A stretch of DNA of 64,000 bases, taken from Lama glama. Taxonomy: Eukaryota. The stretch is taken from contig CM052817.1 in the NCBI GenBank assembly GCA_028534125.1, positions 12,400,001-12,464,000 on the forward strand, read 5' to 3'. The position numbers and the translations under genes are program-made. The notes below the pieces were generated by a model. That model was not told the origin of the DNA. It searched no databases and worked only from the letters and a program-made list of their open reading frames with translations. Positions 40,526 through 52,684 of this stretch are shown here, in pieces. Each line of letters begins with the position of its first letter. The first letter of the stretch is position 1.

Positions 40526-40670
40526 GGGGGAAGGTGTAGCTCAGTGATAGAGTGCATGCCTAGCATGCACAAGGTCCCAGGTTCAATCCCCAGTACCTCC
40601 ACTAAAGAAAAAAAAAGATAAAATAAATAAATAAAGCTAATTACTCCCCTCAAAATAAAGAAAATAAATA
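40526..40670 (+). mobile_element. tRNA-Ala-derived camelid SINE (Vic-1-like)
   Basis: GGGGGAAGGTGTAGCTCAGTGATAGAGTGCATGCCTAGCATGCACAAGGTCCCAGGTTCAATCCCCAGTACCTCC with A and B boxes, then an A-rich tail containing 'ctaattactcccc'. Confidence 0.9.
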
Positions 40671-43439
40671 ATCAGAATAGTCAATTTATCAGAATAAAAT
40701 ACAAAAGTTATTGGAATAAAAGGCACAGATTTGGAACCTAGAAAAACAACAAGTTGAGTTGGGAAAATGTTCAGCTTGTGGTTCTCAGGGATTTATTACA
40801 TCTCATCACATTAGTGTTGATCCATCATTTCAGTCTTTCTGGCCCTTTAGAGACACCATTTTTTCATCTGAATTGTGCGCCAAATTTCCGGCTGTGATAT
40901 CACTGATGATGAGAAATGTGTGCAATGAAATGGGATTCAAATTATTCTTCCATAAGTCCCTTTTTTGTATCAGACACCATTCTACATGATATTCATATAT
41001 TTGTTTTAATGTGACACATCTATTCTACTGAGATTTTATAGATGAGAAAAATAAAGTTCAGAGTAGTTAATTAGTAAAGCCTAGATCTTGGTGAAACATG
41101 CCATTTTTGAGGTCAATGATCCTAGTAAATATATCTAAACAATATCCACGGCCAGTTGGATACTGTTAATACTCAGTGGTTGACAGGAAGAGTTCCGTGA
41201 AATATTTTAAGGAGTGGTAATTTGAGACATGCAGAGAAATCCTTCTGGTTAAATACACGTTATCTCCTTTCAAGTACATTTAATACCTTTTCGATCTCTT
41301 CCATTCAGCTTTCACAGTCTTCCCCATTTATTGAGCTGTCAGGAATGCTCTCCACCTCTGTTAAGGAGGCCATAGGATGAATTCTGTCTTCATGTTGTAA
41401 ACCACTTAGAGCTTTCTGGGTAGAGTCAGTGTTACCACTTGAGGGCATCCTGTCATTATGTTCTGTAATAGTCCTGAACTTCTAAGTCCACCTCAAAACC
41501 ATAGCTCTCTGACAGAAGGGACTAAGGGGGAAAAAAAAGTCTTTGCCGGAAACGCTGAGGCAGCAGTGAAAATGGTAATTTGCCATGCTAAAGTGGTGCT
41601 TCCTGGAGGACTAGGTCAGTGAAGAGTGTATTTCAGGAAATGCTAAGTCAACAGAAGAGTAAGTGACACAGATAAAAGTTGATGGAATCCTCCTGGCAGG
41701 GACCAAAATAGGCATTTCAGACACACTGAGTGCTCTCCAAGTTAAAGTGATTTTGGGGGAGGAATCTGCATTCGAAATTTTCTTGGAGCGGCGTAGAAAA
41801 GGAAAACACCATTGTCAGCAGCATTCATTCGGTAAGAGTGGCAGCATTTCTCCTTTGAGGCCATAAGTTATGGGGAAGAAGTTGAGAATGAATGACATAT
41901 CTGATTGGAAAATTTTAATTAATAGTAACTCTAAACATTTAGGATAATTTTCCCTCAAGTTTTCAACAAATGTGATCAGAAAAATGCTTTAAGATAAATG
42001 AAATATTTTAAAATGCTTTAAAATATATGAAAATGTTTAATTACTGTTAAAATTCAATACATTTTTCTCCATTGTAGAATAATAAATTTAAAATATCTGT
42101 ACTCATTGTGACCACTTAATTTTCCCTTTGTGTCCAATCAGGTTTGCAGAAAACAAAAACAAACAAACAAACAAAAAACATAATGAATAGATTCTAAGCA
42201 AAGAGAAGCATTGTCCCCTACAGAGAAAGTCATAGTCAAATTTAGGGTACAGCACACAAAGTTATACCTCAAAATATTGAACTCCAGTAACCCAATATGT
42301 TTAACTGATCTAACATAGTCTATAATTTGGGAGAGTGTCAAAGTATTTATGAAAAACAGTATAAGTTTTTAGTTTCATACAACTCCTTAATTTTTTAGCA
42401 TAGACTTTATGATTTGAATGACTAGCAATACTTTGTTGTACACCAAATTGCCTTTACTTCTGTTGGAGGTTATAAAAAGACATGTGTATGAAAACAAAAC
42501 ATAGACAACAAGCCTATTTTTGTATTTGACAGACATTGAACTATTTTTTTCTATTAAGTTGATTTAGTATGATGCATATAATATAAAGAGGAAATATGTT
42601 TTACAATAAGGAAGTCCAAATCAGAACTAATCTTAGAGCAATTATTCCTGTATATTACAAAATGCAACATAACATAACATTATATAATCCTTAAGTGAAC
42701 AAGGTTAATTCTATTTACACAGCAGCTGGTTAGTCTTAGGAAAGTTGGTTTAATGCCGTTCCTGACAGTTTTGAAATGAAGGGATCATGAGTGTTAGATT
42801 TTTTTCCTGTCTTCATGGTTTAATCTTTCACACCAATAGCTGCTGGTAGGCTATTAGCAGCCACAGCAGGTCAGCAGAGGAATGAGCCGTGTCAAGTAGT
42901 TATTGGTTTAGGGGCGGTATTCTTTAACACACTGTCATGACTGCTTCCGTATGACAAGATACCATCTGAAAAAGATCTGGAAGTAAACTTCTAGTTAAAG
43001 GCAAACGATCAATTCTCCCACCAGGAAGATGTGTCACCAATTTTCTCAGAAGCTTGGTCTTGGATTTCTATTCAAAATGGAGTTGAAGTCCTGCACATAC
43101 ATTCAGAGAAAGAAAAAAAAAATCCTCCTGGTTCAGAAATAGGTCCTGCTTGTCCAAAATAAAAATTTCCAGTTTGGATTTTCCTGACCGCTTCCGGAAG
43201 ACAGAAAGCCCTAGCGGTAGCAGACTAGAAAAAACATCCCCTGGGGAGCTGAAAGCCATTTATTGTAGGCAAACCACCAAAGAGGGGAGAAAAAAAAAGA
43301 AAAGAAAAGTCTAGTGAGGTCTTGTTTAAATTTCAAACAAAGCATGTGTATGTGATGTATAGTAAACAAGTACTCCAAATTGATTTCCTTGAGGGCAAAG
43401 AAAAAAAACGTTGCTACCCAACAAACCTTAAAAGTAAAA

Positions 43440-44030
43440 ATTCACAGAGAGCATGACTATGAAATTTTCATTCACCTTATAAATGGCGGGTGAAAAGCAA
43501 CCGGCTGCAGGGCTGACTGCTTTTTCATCGAATCAGCAAGCTGCTCCTGTTGCGTGAAATGGAATGAAATCAATGCCGTGGCCTTTTTAAGCGGCAACGG
43601 GGATCTCTTTACTGTGAGAAGAGATTTGCTGAATAATTGTAAAATGAAGAGATGATTTTGGAAGTCAGTTAACAGCTTTGCCAGGGAGACCCTCAGAACC
43701 CGCCTGTCCATCATATCTACGCCCCCTCCAACAGGCATTTCATTTACCGGAAATCATTTTTCTTGCCCTCATCAGCCAACATATCCGCCCAGTAAAAAAA
43801 AAAAAAAAAAGGATTCAAAAAAGCGACAGTGACAATGACATGTGCTAACTCTTGGCATGATAAAGATAAAGGACATGGAAAATTGTCATTCAGCGTCCAT
43901 TAATTTCATTGTAAAACAGAAGAGTGAATGTGTTTCAGAGTTTTTTGATTAGCGCGTGTCTGCTGTGGTTCTCTGTGTGAGTGACATGACAGGAAGTGAG
44001 GGATGACATGAAAAGGTGCAGTTTTTTTGG
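43440..44030. promoter_or_regulatory. Candidate conserved non-coding element / enhancer
   Basis: No recognisable repeat; ~15 CpGs; ETS, GATA x2, RUNX and six TGACA motifs. Conservation and activity are inferred, not measured. Confidence 0.5.
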
Positions 44031-45482
44031 TAGTCCATAAAAATATTCCTCACTTTATTGGCTAAAAGGTGATGGGCTTATTAAAAGATGTTCCAAATTG
44101 AATATTTAATGTTATTTTGAGTATCAGTTACAAACATTTGCAAATGTAATTTTCTGAGATTTTACTTTGACCCTAAGTTATAATATAAAACAAACTTAAA
44201 AAATATAGCATTCATTTTTGTACCATTATTTAAAGCAGAGATAATGAAATTCTGATAAAATATGCATAAAGATGCTCAAAAACATAAAATTTATTGTCAT
44301 TCCTGTTTTTAGCAAAGTAGCCTATATAAAGAGGAAAAACAATAATGAGGATTTAACCAAATGTAACAAACTCATACTGAACCCTCCCTCCCCTCTTCAC
44401 ACCCCCAGTTTTTATTCAACCAGTTGTGCATAGTCTATGATAAAATAAATAAACAGATTTTTGAGAAGAGTTAGAAGATAAATACATTTTAGGCTTAAGA
44501 CCTGAAGGTGTTACTTTGGAAGAAAGGAGTAAAGGAAACTCAGAAAGAGCAGAGCTCATGATTCAGAGCACAAGAGTAACACAGTAAGGGAAAGTGTATT
44601 TCCTTGAACATGTGTGACATTCAGTAAAGCCAATTATCAGCCATTGGATGGTGGAATAGTGACCTTCTTTAAAATTATATAGATGTCAATTTTTACAGAT
44701 CTCTACACAACCAGGTATTCTGTTATTGAATTCTGACTTAAATGGCAGACTTTCATTTCTAGTCACGTGACAGTCTATACACCCCGAATGACCATCCCAA
44801 TAAAACCAATGAAGTGTTTATAAATAAAATATATTTTAAATTTTAGTTACTGCATTACTGAGCAGGCATTTTAGAAAAACCAGTATCAGAGACAAAAGTA
44901 AAGCAAAAGCAGAAACCCTAGAGAGTAAGTGAGCTCCAGAACCGGCTGGAGGTTCTAAAATTCTGGCATAAAACTGGAACCCTCAAAGTGCTGTATCTGT
45001 CTTCTAAAACTCCAGAGATGAGGCTCTTCACCATTACGCGTAGGCATACAGTGCCACACCATGTGAGAAACGCCACACACAATTTCACAGTCTCTGGAAG
45101 TGGTGTGGTTAGTTTTCCTGATTCCTTTTGTACCCAGGAAGAAAAAGTTTTGCTTTTACACAATTTTAGATTTTAGAAGACATATATTTCCTTATTTAAC
45201 CTCTAAATGACTCTATGATGTTAGAATCTTTTATCACCCTGATTAAGAGATTAGGAAAACCATGCTCAGTGAGAACAGAGACTAATGCAGAATTAAACTT
45301 AGTTTTTTCTGATTTGGAAGCCTGTTTGCTATCCAAAACTGTCGAAACAGTCTGTTAATGTGGTGAATTTTATCTACTAAAGCATCCAGCCTACACCTGT
45401 GGAATAGTTTCTGCTCCGGGAAACTTTGAATCCCTGTCTAATAGATTGTTAAAAGCCTTAAAAATGTGCGACAGCTTTCTTG

Positions 45483-45553
<71 letters not shown>

Positions 45554-45554
45554 T
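45483..45554. repeat. (CTTT)18 perfect microsatellite
   Basis: Directly visible. Confidence 0.97.
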
Positions 45555-46619
45555 TCTAATGAATCAGCTTAGAAATTGAGTACAGAACAGAGTAACAGAA
45601 AACAATGATACCTACATGTCATTCTGAACCTTCTTCTCAAAATAGTAAGGTAACATTCTTTAAAATAGCCATTGAAGTTATTAAACACAATGTATTCAGT
45701 CACACCTATGTGGATAGCTCAGTCAATCAGGACCAGGAGAGGTAAAAAATTTGAATTCAAAACCGTCTGCATCTGAAGTTTCATACCAACTCCTTTCTCT
45801 TCCTCAGTTTCATTGGGTCATCTACAAAACCAGAAAGGGCTTTCAATTAAATAACCTAAAATCTGTAACAGTTTTTATTTAATAAAACAATCTAATGCTT
45901 CAACCAGAAACTTGATGACATTAAAAAAAAAACCCAAATAGCAAAAAACAGAAAATAAGGGAACCCAAGACCCAACTGCAGATATTTTATGGCAAATAAA
46001 ATCTTATACCAAAAACACAATGGGAGTTAAGTTTTCCTGAAAAGGAAAAATTTTATGATGATAGTGATCATGATATTGATGAAAACTGTGTATCATGTGA
46101 GATACATACACGTACACAATCTCTCTCCTTTATATAATTAGAGGTAATTATTTTAAAATGCTGTTTTCCTTTGGCATTTGAGACATTTGGGGAAAGGAAG
46201 AATACAGGGACTAGGACTTCATTATTACAAGGACAACCTGTTGCACTGTAACACTGAGAGGCTATTAATAAAAGGGAGGACTAGCTCCCACAGTCCTAAG
46301 GGGTTTGACAGGCAACTCATTAATTCAGAAGGTGACACTTTCATATCCTGGATGGTGGGAGTAGAGTAAGTGAAAAGAATTTTTAATTCATATTTGGGTG
46401 TGTGAGTTCTCTGTCTCTCACTCTGATTTTTATCATTTACGAAAAAGAGTGAATTACTAAAAAAAAGGTGAATTTTGGCTTGCTCACTGACACAGTGCAA
46501 AGATGACTCGGTTTTATTTGGGCACTTTTTTCCCAGAAGTGGTAGGAAATTCTTTCCCTAGCTCCTCATTCAAAATCTGCCCTCTCCTTTAGGCTTCCTA
46601 CAAAATAATAATAATACAC

Positions 46620-47119
46620 ACTGCTAAGTTGCATCGCTATTGCTCTTCAGAAACTCTTCCTAAATATTATTTTATTTAATTATCACAGCAACTCTAAAAT
46701 GCTGGAAGGGCAGATGCTTCTATTTCCATTTTGAAGATGGAGATACTAGAGTTTAGCATGGAGAACGTTATTACCGAGACCTACAGCGATTGCTTCTGCT
46801 TCTAAAGCCTTGGGGAACATGCAGCCTGTACCATTTTTTAACCTAGGTCTTAGATGGGAATCTTTCTGATGAGTAATAGTACAGCGGTAACTAGCACGTA
46901 TAATTCTTGCTATATGTCAAGTACTGTTTAAGAGTTTTATACGTGTCAATTCTTTAATCATCACCTTAACCCTATGAGGTAAGCAATATATCAGGTCCAT
47001 TCTGCAGAGGAGGAAAGTGAAACACAGGGAGGTCAAGTGATGTCCTCAAGACCACAGGTTTAACAGGTGGTAGAGACCGGATATAAATGAAGGTGGTCTG
47101 GTTCCAGAATTTGTGCTCC
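46620..47119 (-). mobile_element. Two MIR SINEs (~46620-46800 and ~46886-47119)
   Basis: 'ccattttgaagatggagatactagag' and 'aaccctatgaggta...cattctgcagaggaggaaagtga...ggtcaagtga'. Confidence 0.8.
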
Positions 47120-48114
47120 AGCATACATTAGCATTAGATTGCAGTTTTGGTACAAATGGCATTGCCCTTACTATTTTCAGTTACAGCCGCAATGCTGTAT
47201 GTTTAATTGTGGCTACAAGGATGCTTTTGATTGTTTAATAGAATAATCATGGAATTCTGTTTGAAGACTATCAATTTCTGAATGCTCATGGAGAGGCTTT
47301 TCAGTGATCTGTGCCTGCCCTCCATCCCATAACTCAATTACTTGCTACTATATTTGAATATGATACGGGTTAGAAAATGGGAGTGAGGGCTCCTAAGATA
47401 ATCAGGTTTCTTCAGCCAACTATAATTTTACTATTAATCTGTTAGAGTGGCAGGAGGCCTCTGGAAGGAGAAGGGTGGAGATGGATCATATTTATAGGTA
47501 TCCCTTATTTTACATGTCAGCACCTCAAGGGAAGCAGTTGCTGTTATTTTATTTGACAAATGTTTTGAATTTATTATTTTACCTTTAGTTGACAGTCCCA
47601 AGAGCCTTTCACCATTTCAGCAAGCTTTCACTTCAGCAAAAAGTGTTCTTTCCTGGAAAACAAACAAACAAACAAACAAAACACTGTTTCTGTTATCCTG
47701 AATTCAGCCCTGGAGTGAAGTGGTTCATGCATCTCTCCATTGGAGCCCTGGAAATTTGGGAAGGTTCACCATAGCCAATATTAATAACCCACCCCTGGGT
47801 TCCAAAGTCACCAGATAGATTGCAACACTTCCTACTGATATTTGTGAGATTAACTCTCCCGCATGGCTCTTGGGATTTCCCTTCTCTGCTGTCAAGCTTC
47901 CCTGAAACTAGTATTTTGGAAATCATTTAGAAAGATCCGGCACAATTCTAGGTGATTGGTTAATTAATGTATATTTCAATGCTTGAAATTCAACTCAGAG
48001 AATCTTGCAGACAGTTTGACTCAAAATACTAAAAGATAATGCAGGACGACAAATTTCAATGCTCTGGCTTATTCTATTGCAAGTATCTGACAATTTAGGC
48101 ATTTCATATGAGGC

Positions 48115-48260
48115 TAGAGGAAATATGGTACAGTGGTTAAAAGCAGACTCTGGAGGTATCCTGTCTGGATTCAGATGAGTCTGCCACCAGGCAAGAGGGC
48201 ATTTTTAAACTCTTAGAATATTGCCTGGTGCATAGCACGCCACGCTTTATCATTATGATA
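48115..48260 (+). mobile_element. Internally deleted MIR
   Basis: 'gtacagtggttaaaagcagactctggag...ctgccac' joined to 'ttagaatattgcctgg'. Confidence 0.6.
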
Positions 48261-49424
48261 TATCAGTATGACCTACAAAGGAGGTGCTGTCCTCTGGGTC
48301 AGTTGAACTTAAAGTAATTTTTACCCAAGAATGACACGAAGAGACTTTTAAAAATACAAGTTTATGAACTCTACCTCAAATCTATTTAATCTGTATGTCT
48401 GGCAAATTACAGTCTAGAAATTTCTATTTGAAGGGAGAAAAAATTGATGCAGTTTATGTAGGGGTTTCTGATATAGTAGGTTGAAGCCAATACCTTAAGC
48501 ACAATGGACTAAAGATTTTTTTGACGTATTTAGCCTCGTTTCCTTAATGCTATCGAATCTTCACATTTCTAGGGTATTGCACTGAAACTACCCAAAGATT
48601 CCATCCTCAAGTATTTATAAAATGCCTAGCTTATATATTTTGCTAGTTTTCCAGCTAGAATAGACATGGCAGCATTCACATTCATCTTACAACAGAGGGC
48701 ATGGTATTTAATGTTACCCTAAATTGTAAACATTACAGTTTAAGAAAAAACAAAAAAAGGGCAGTAAGTGACTCTTCGGGCATCCTAACGGAAAGGTGAT
48801 GTGTGAGTGTTTGCTTCAGCCTCTCCCAGTGTGACTGTTGGAGCAGTAATACACGTGAGCAGGGAAAAAGTGAAGACTCAGTGCTGTTGCAGCAAAGCAA
48901 TGAGTTCCCAGAGCCATAAGAGGAGCACTGCCAGCAAGGCTCTGGTCTGCCAAAATCAGTCTGAACCAGCACTACAGCAGAACTAAGGGAAAGAAAGCAA
49001 CTTAAAATTTCAAGCACTGCTAAAAATAATGTGTTAACCATTAAGAAAGGTTGTGAGATTGGTTAGCTCAAGAAGCTTAGGTGAGGTTCTCGCATTTTCA
49101 CTTTGAGGTGGTCAGTCAAGCTACTTTACATCACACAGGATGAATGCTACTCCTTGAAGATGAGGAGTTTATGACAGTAAAATTGGGAGTGGAAAGAACA
49201 ATGGTTTGTACGTTATCAGGTTGTTGTGATGTTTTAAGGAGATAGTATGTTGAAAACCCATAGAAGAGTCTTTTGCACATGACTGTGTTACGTAATTATC
49301 AGGGTAAACATTATGTCCACAATATGTCTTATTAAGATGACTTTATACTGGAAGTTCTCAAAGTATGGCCTGTAGACTTCTGGGTATCTCAGAGAAATTT
49401 TGTCGTTCAAAAAGGTCAGAACTA

Positions 49425-49780
49425 TTTTTAAAAATTTTAATTGTGGCTTAAAAAAAATAGAAACCCACAACAGAATGGATAAACCAAATGTGGTGTGTAT
49501 ATACAGCATTTTATTTATCCACCCATCTATTGATGGAAACTTGGATCGCTTCCACATTTTGATTATTACACATAAGGGTAATGCTGTTGTGAACATGGAT
49601 TTACAAATACTATTCCAGGTCTTGCTTTCAGTTTTTTTGAGTATATACCCAGAAGTGAATTTGATGGATCTCATGTTACTTCTAATTTTAATTTTTTGAG
49701 AAACCACCATGTTTTCCTGAGTGGCCGCACAATTTTACATTCCCACCAACAGTGCAGAAATGTTCCAATTTATCCACATC
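49425..49780 (-). mobile_element. L1MB-like 3' region with internal deletion and short inverted duplicate
   Basis: 'tttatccacccatctattgatgga...atatacccagaagtg...ttttacattcccaccaacagtg' is the reverse L1 ORF2 end; runs into a gap. Confidence 0.85.
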
Positions 49781-50112
49781 NNNNNNNNNNNNNNNNNNNN
49801 NNNNNNNNNNNNNNNNNNNNNNNNNNNNNNNNNNNNNNNNNNNNNNNNNNNNNNNNNNNNNNNNNNNNNNNNNNNNNNNNNNNNNNNNNNNNNNNNNNNN
49901 NNNNNNNNNNNNNNNNNNNNNNNNNNNNNNNNNNNNNNNNNNNNNNNNNNNNNNNNNNNNNNNNNNNNNNNNNNNNNNNNNNNNNNNNNNNNNNNNNNNN
50001 NNNNNNNNNNNNNNNNNNNNNNNNNNNNNNNNNNNNNNNNNNNNNNNNNNNNNNNNNNNNNNNNNNNNNNNNNNNNNNNNNNNNNNNNNNNNNNNNNNNN
50101 NNNNNNNNNNNN
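49781..50112. other. Assembly gap (332 N)
   Basis: N run. Confidence 1.
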
Positions 50113-50199
50113 ATTGGTGTGAGCTGGTTAGCCCTCATCCTGAAGTGATAGCATAACTAGAATGGGATTTTCTACATTTTCTACTAACTTTGTAGATAC

Positions 50200-50362
50200 T
50201 ATTGTTCAAATTCAGGCTTCTAATGCTGCTTTTGAAAATGTAGCTGTGCGTATGATTAATCATCTTTCATTTACAAGTAAATCTATCCTTTCTTTCTGAT
50301 CACTTTTAAGATTGTCTGTTTGTCTTCAGTGTTCAGTACTTTGATTCAGGCGTGTCTAGGTG
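50200..50362 (-). mobile_element. L1ME-like ORF1-region fragment
   Basis: 'cttttaagattgtctgtttgtcttcagtgttc...gtgtctaggtg'. Confidence 0.6.
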
Positions 50363-50364
50363 TT

Positions 50365-51680
50365 CACTGATCTACTGAAATGTGCTTATCAAGCCAACAA
50401 TGACCTCCAAACTAACTCCTAAAGTACATGGATATCTGTCCTCAGTCTTTCAGCATATTTTGGCATTATTCAACAAAAATACATACTTCCATTTATTGAA
50501 ACACTCAGTTTCTGTGATTCCACATTCTCATAGCTTTCCTTTATCCAAATAATAATTTCAGGTAGGATTTTTTTTTTGTACATTCCTTAGTCCTATCTGA
50601 CCTCTAAATATTTGATATTCCCAAGATTGGTGACAGGTTTTACTCTCTCCTCTCTTGCTACACCTTTTCTGGATGATCACCTCCATGTCAATGGTTTAAA
50701 ATATCAGCTATATGTTTATGGCTCCTAATTATATACTTTTGGCCCAAACTTGCTCCAAGTTTCATACACATATGGCAGATCTTCTGTCTAAAGTGACCTC
50801 TGAAATTTATTGAGTGGTATTATTGACTACTCTCATCATTCTAACATTTCTCTCACTCAATCCAGTCTGTTCTATATAATATAAATGATGTCACCATCAA
50901 ACAAGTTGTTTGAGCCAAAACGTAGTAGTAACACTCTCTCTGTATCCTCTGCATCTTAACTCCCCACATGTTCTGCAATTACTGTCTCTGTCTTCACTGG
51001 ATATCCATAGCTAAAACCACTCTCACCGCTCACCTGGTCACCTCCAAAGATGGTCTCTGAGACTGGGGTTTCCATCTTGCCTTCCAATAGTCTATTCTAT
51101 TTTCAATAGAGTAATCTTTTGAAAAATGTCAATCAGATCAAATTTCTCCCCTGCTCAAAAGCTTCCGAGGGACTTAGAATACAGTCTGAAGTTCCTAATG
51201 GTAGCCCACAAATTTAGCATGGTTTTTCTCTGGCCACCTCTCCAACACCATCTGCTACTGCTCTCTCCTTTGCTCACTGGTCTGTAGCCCAGTTGTTCTC
51301 CTTGTAATTTCTTGACCAGGCCAAGCTTATTTGTGCCTTGTAGTCTTTGTATTGTTGTTTCTGCGATTGGAACATTCTTTCTGGTTTCTTTTCAGCCTTC
51401 AAATCTCAGCTTAAATTCTGTTGAGGCCAAACCTCAATCCTTTCTTGAATGACATCATCCTCTTATCCCCAATCATTACCACTTCAGGGCTTTTTTTATT
51501 TTCTGTGAGGCACTTGCCAAAATCTAGTATCACCCTACATATTATAATGTCTGCCTCCTTTTACTAGAACACAAACTTCATGAGGCAGAGACCATGCTTA
51601 TCCAGGATCTCTCAAAGATTCTGTCACAGAACATTCTCAATCAATACTTGCTCCATTAACTTTAAATAATGAATCAAAGA
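50365..51680 (+). mobile_element. L2a LINE, from decayed RT region to 3' tail
   Basis: Decayed YADD-region 'ctatatgtttatggctcc', 'tcagatca...ctcccctgctcaaaa', 'actagaacacaaacttcatgaggcagagacc'. Confidence 0.8.
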
Positions 51681-52526
51681 ATAACTGGGGATTAGTACAT
51701 GTCCCTAACTTTATTAAAGTCTAATAGTAGAGACTGGTATGAAAGAAATGTTTTCCAAATAATAGCAAACTATGACAAGAATATGAAAGATAAATAATTA
51801 AATATACATATACTACATGTAATTTTTATTTTCTTTAACTATTTTGACTCTGATTTTGTATGTATTTAATACTCATAAGAGTAACTTTTATAAAATAAAT
51901 GACCACAACTAATTAGATGATAGAATCTGTGTGTCAGAGATGTCTGGCTCCTTTTAGATAGACAAAGAGGGACTGGTGAACAGCTTCTGGATCTTCAAGA
52001 GGGATTATGTTCCAGAAGCCCTTTTCTGCCAAAATCAGTTTGTTCTCTCCTCTTACTTCTCTGAGTTCTTCCTGTAACTTCAGGTCTTGGCAGGATTCTA
52101 TTATATCTCACCAAAGTCATTGCTAGTGACATTTACTTGCCTCTAACATTATTCTTCTTACTCACATCCTCTTGAGACTCCCCCCTAGTATTTCAGGACC
52201 TTTTTGATATTTTTAACTGCTCCGCTAGCAATGACCTCAAACATAGCTTCTAGTTTTACCTTCAGAGAACCAAGCTTTGTTCACGGTAGTGGTGCTGAAA
52301 TAGTTCAAGGAAGAAAGGCAGCAACTGGGCCAGAGTAGTTAAGGCTGACTTGCATAGTTGGTTCCCCATCATGAGCATAGCAATGATGCATCTACTTCTG
52401 TTTCTGTAAGCTCAGGGTTTTGCATCTTAAGATATATAAGAATCAAAACCACTTAAGCATAAGAAAATCACACCATCTACCGTCCTAAAATAACTTTAAG
52501 TTCTTCACATGTGAACAGCCATCACA

Positions 52527-52684
52527 NNNNNNNNNNNNNNNNNNNNNNNNNNNNNNNNNNNNNNNNNNNNNNNNNNNNNNNNNNNNNNNNNNNNNNNNNN
52601 NNNNNNNNNNNNNNNNNNNNNNNNNNNNNNNNNNNNNNNNNNNNNNNNNNNNNNNNNNNNNNNNNNNNNNNNNNNNNNNNNNNN
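52527..52684. other. Assembly gap (158 N)
   Basis: N run. Confidence 1.

Noticed and set aside
40526-40600. Possible functional tRNA-Ala gene
   Set aside because: Acceptor stem does not pair, A box is mutated, and a SINE A-rich tail follows instead of a T-run terminator.
43472-43738. 88-aa minus-strand ORF across the CpG-rich block
   Set aside because: No recognisable protein similarity or exon context; better explained as non-coding. PhyloCSF would decide.
49288-49710. 140-aa ORF with L1-like words (PSIDGWINKM)
   Set aside because: Decayed L1 ORF2 C-terminus remnant, not a gene.
51600-51800. Tail-to-tail L2 junction of the miR-28/miR-151 type
   Set aside because: The minus-strand fragment lacks the terminal segment, so no complementary hairpin is visible.
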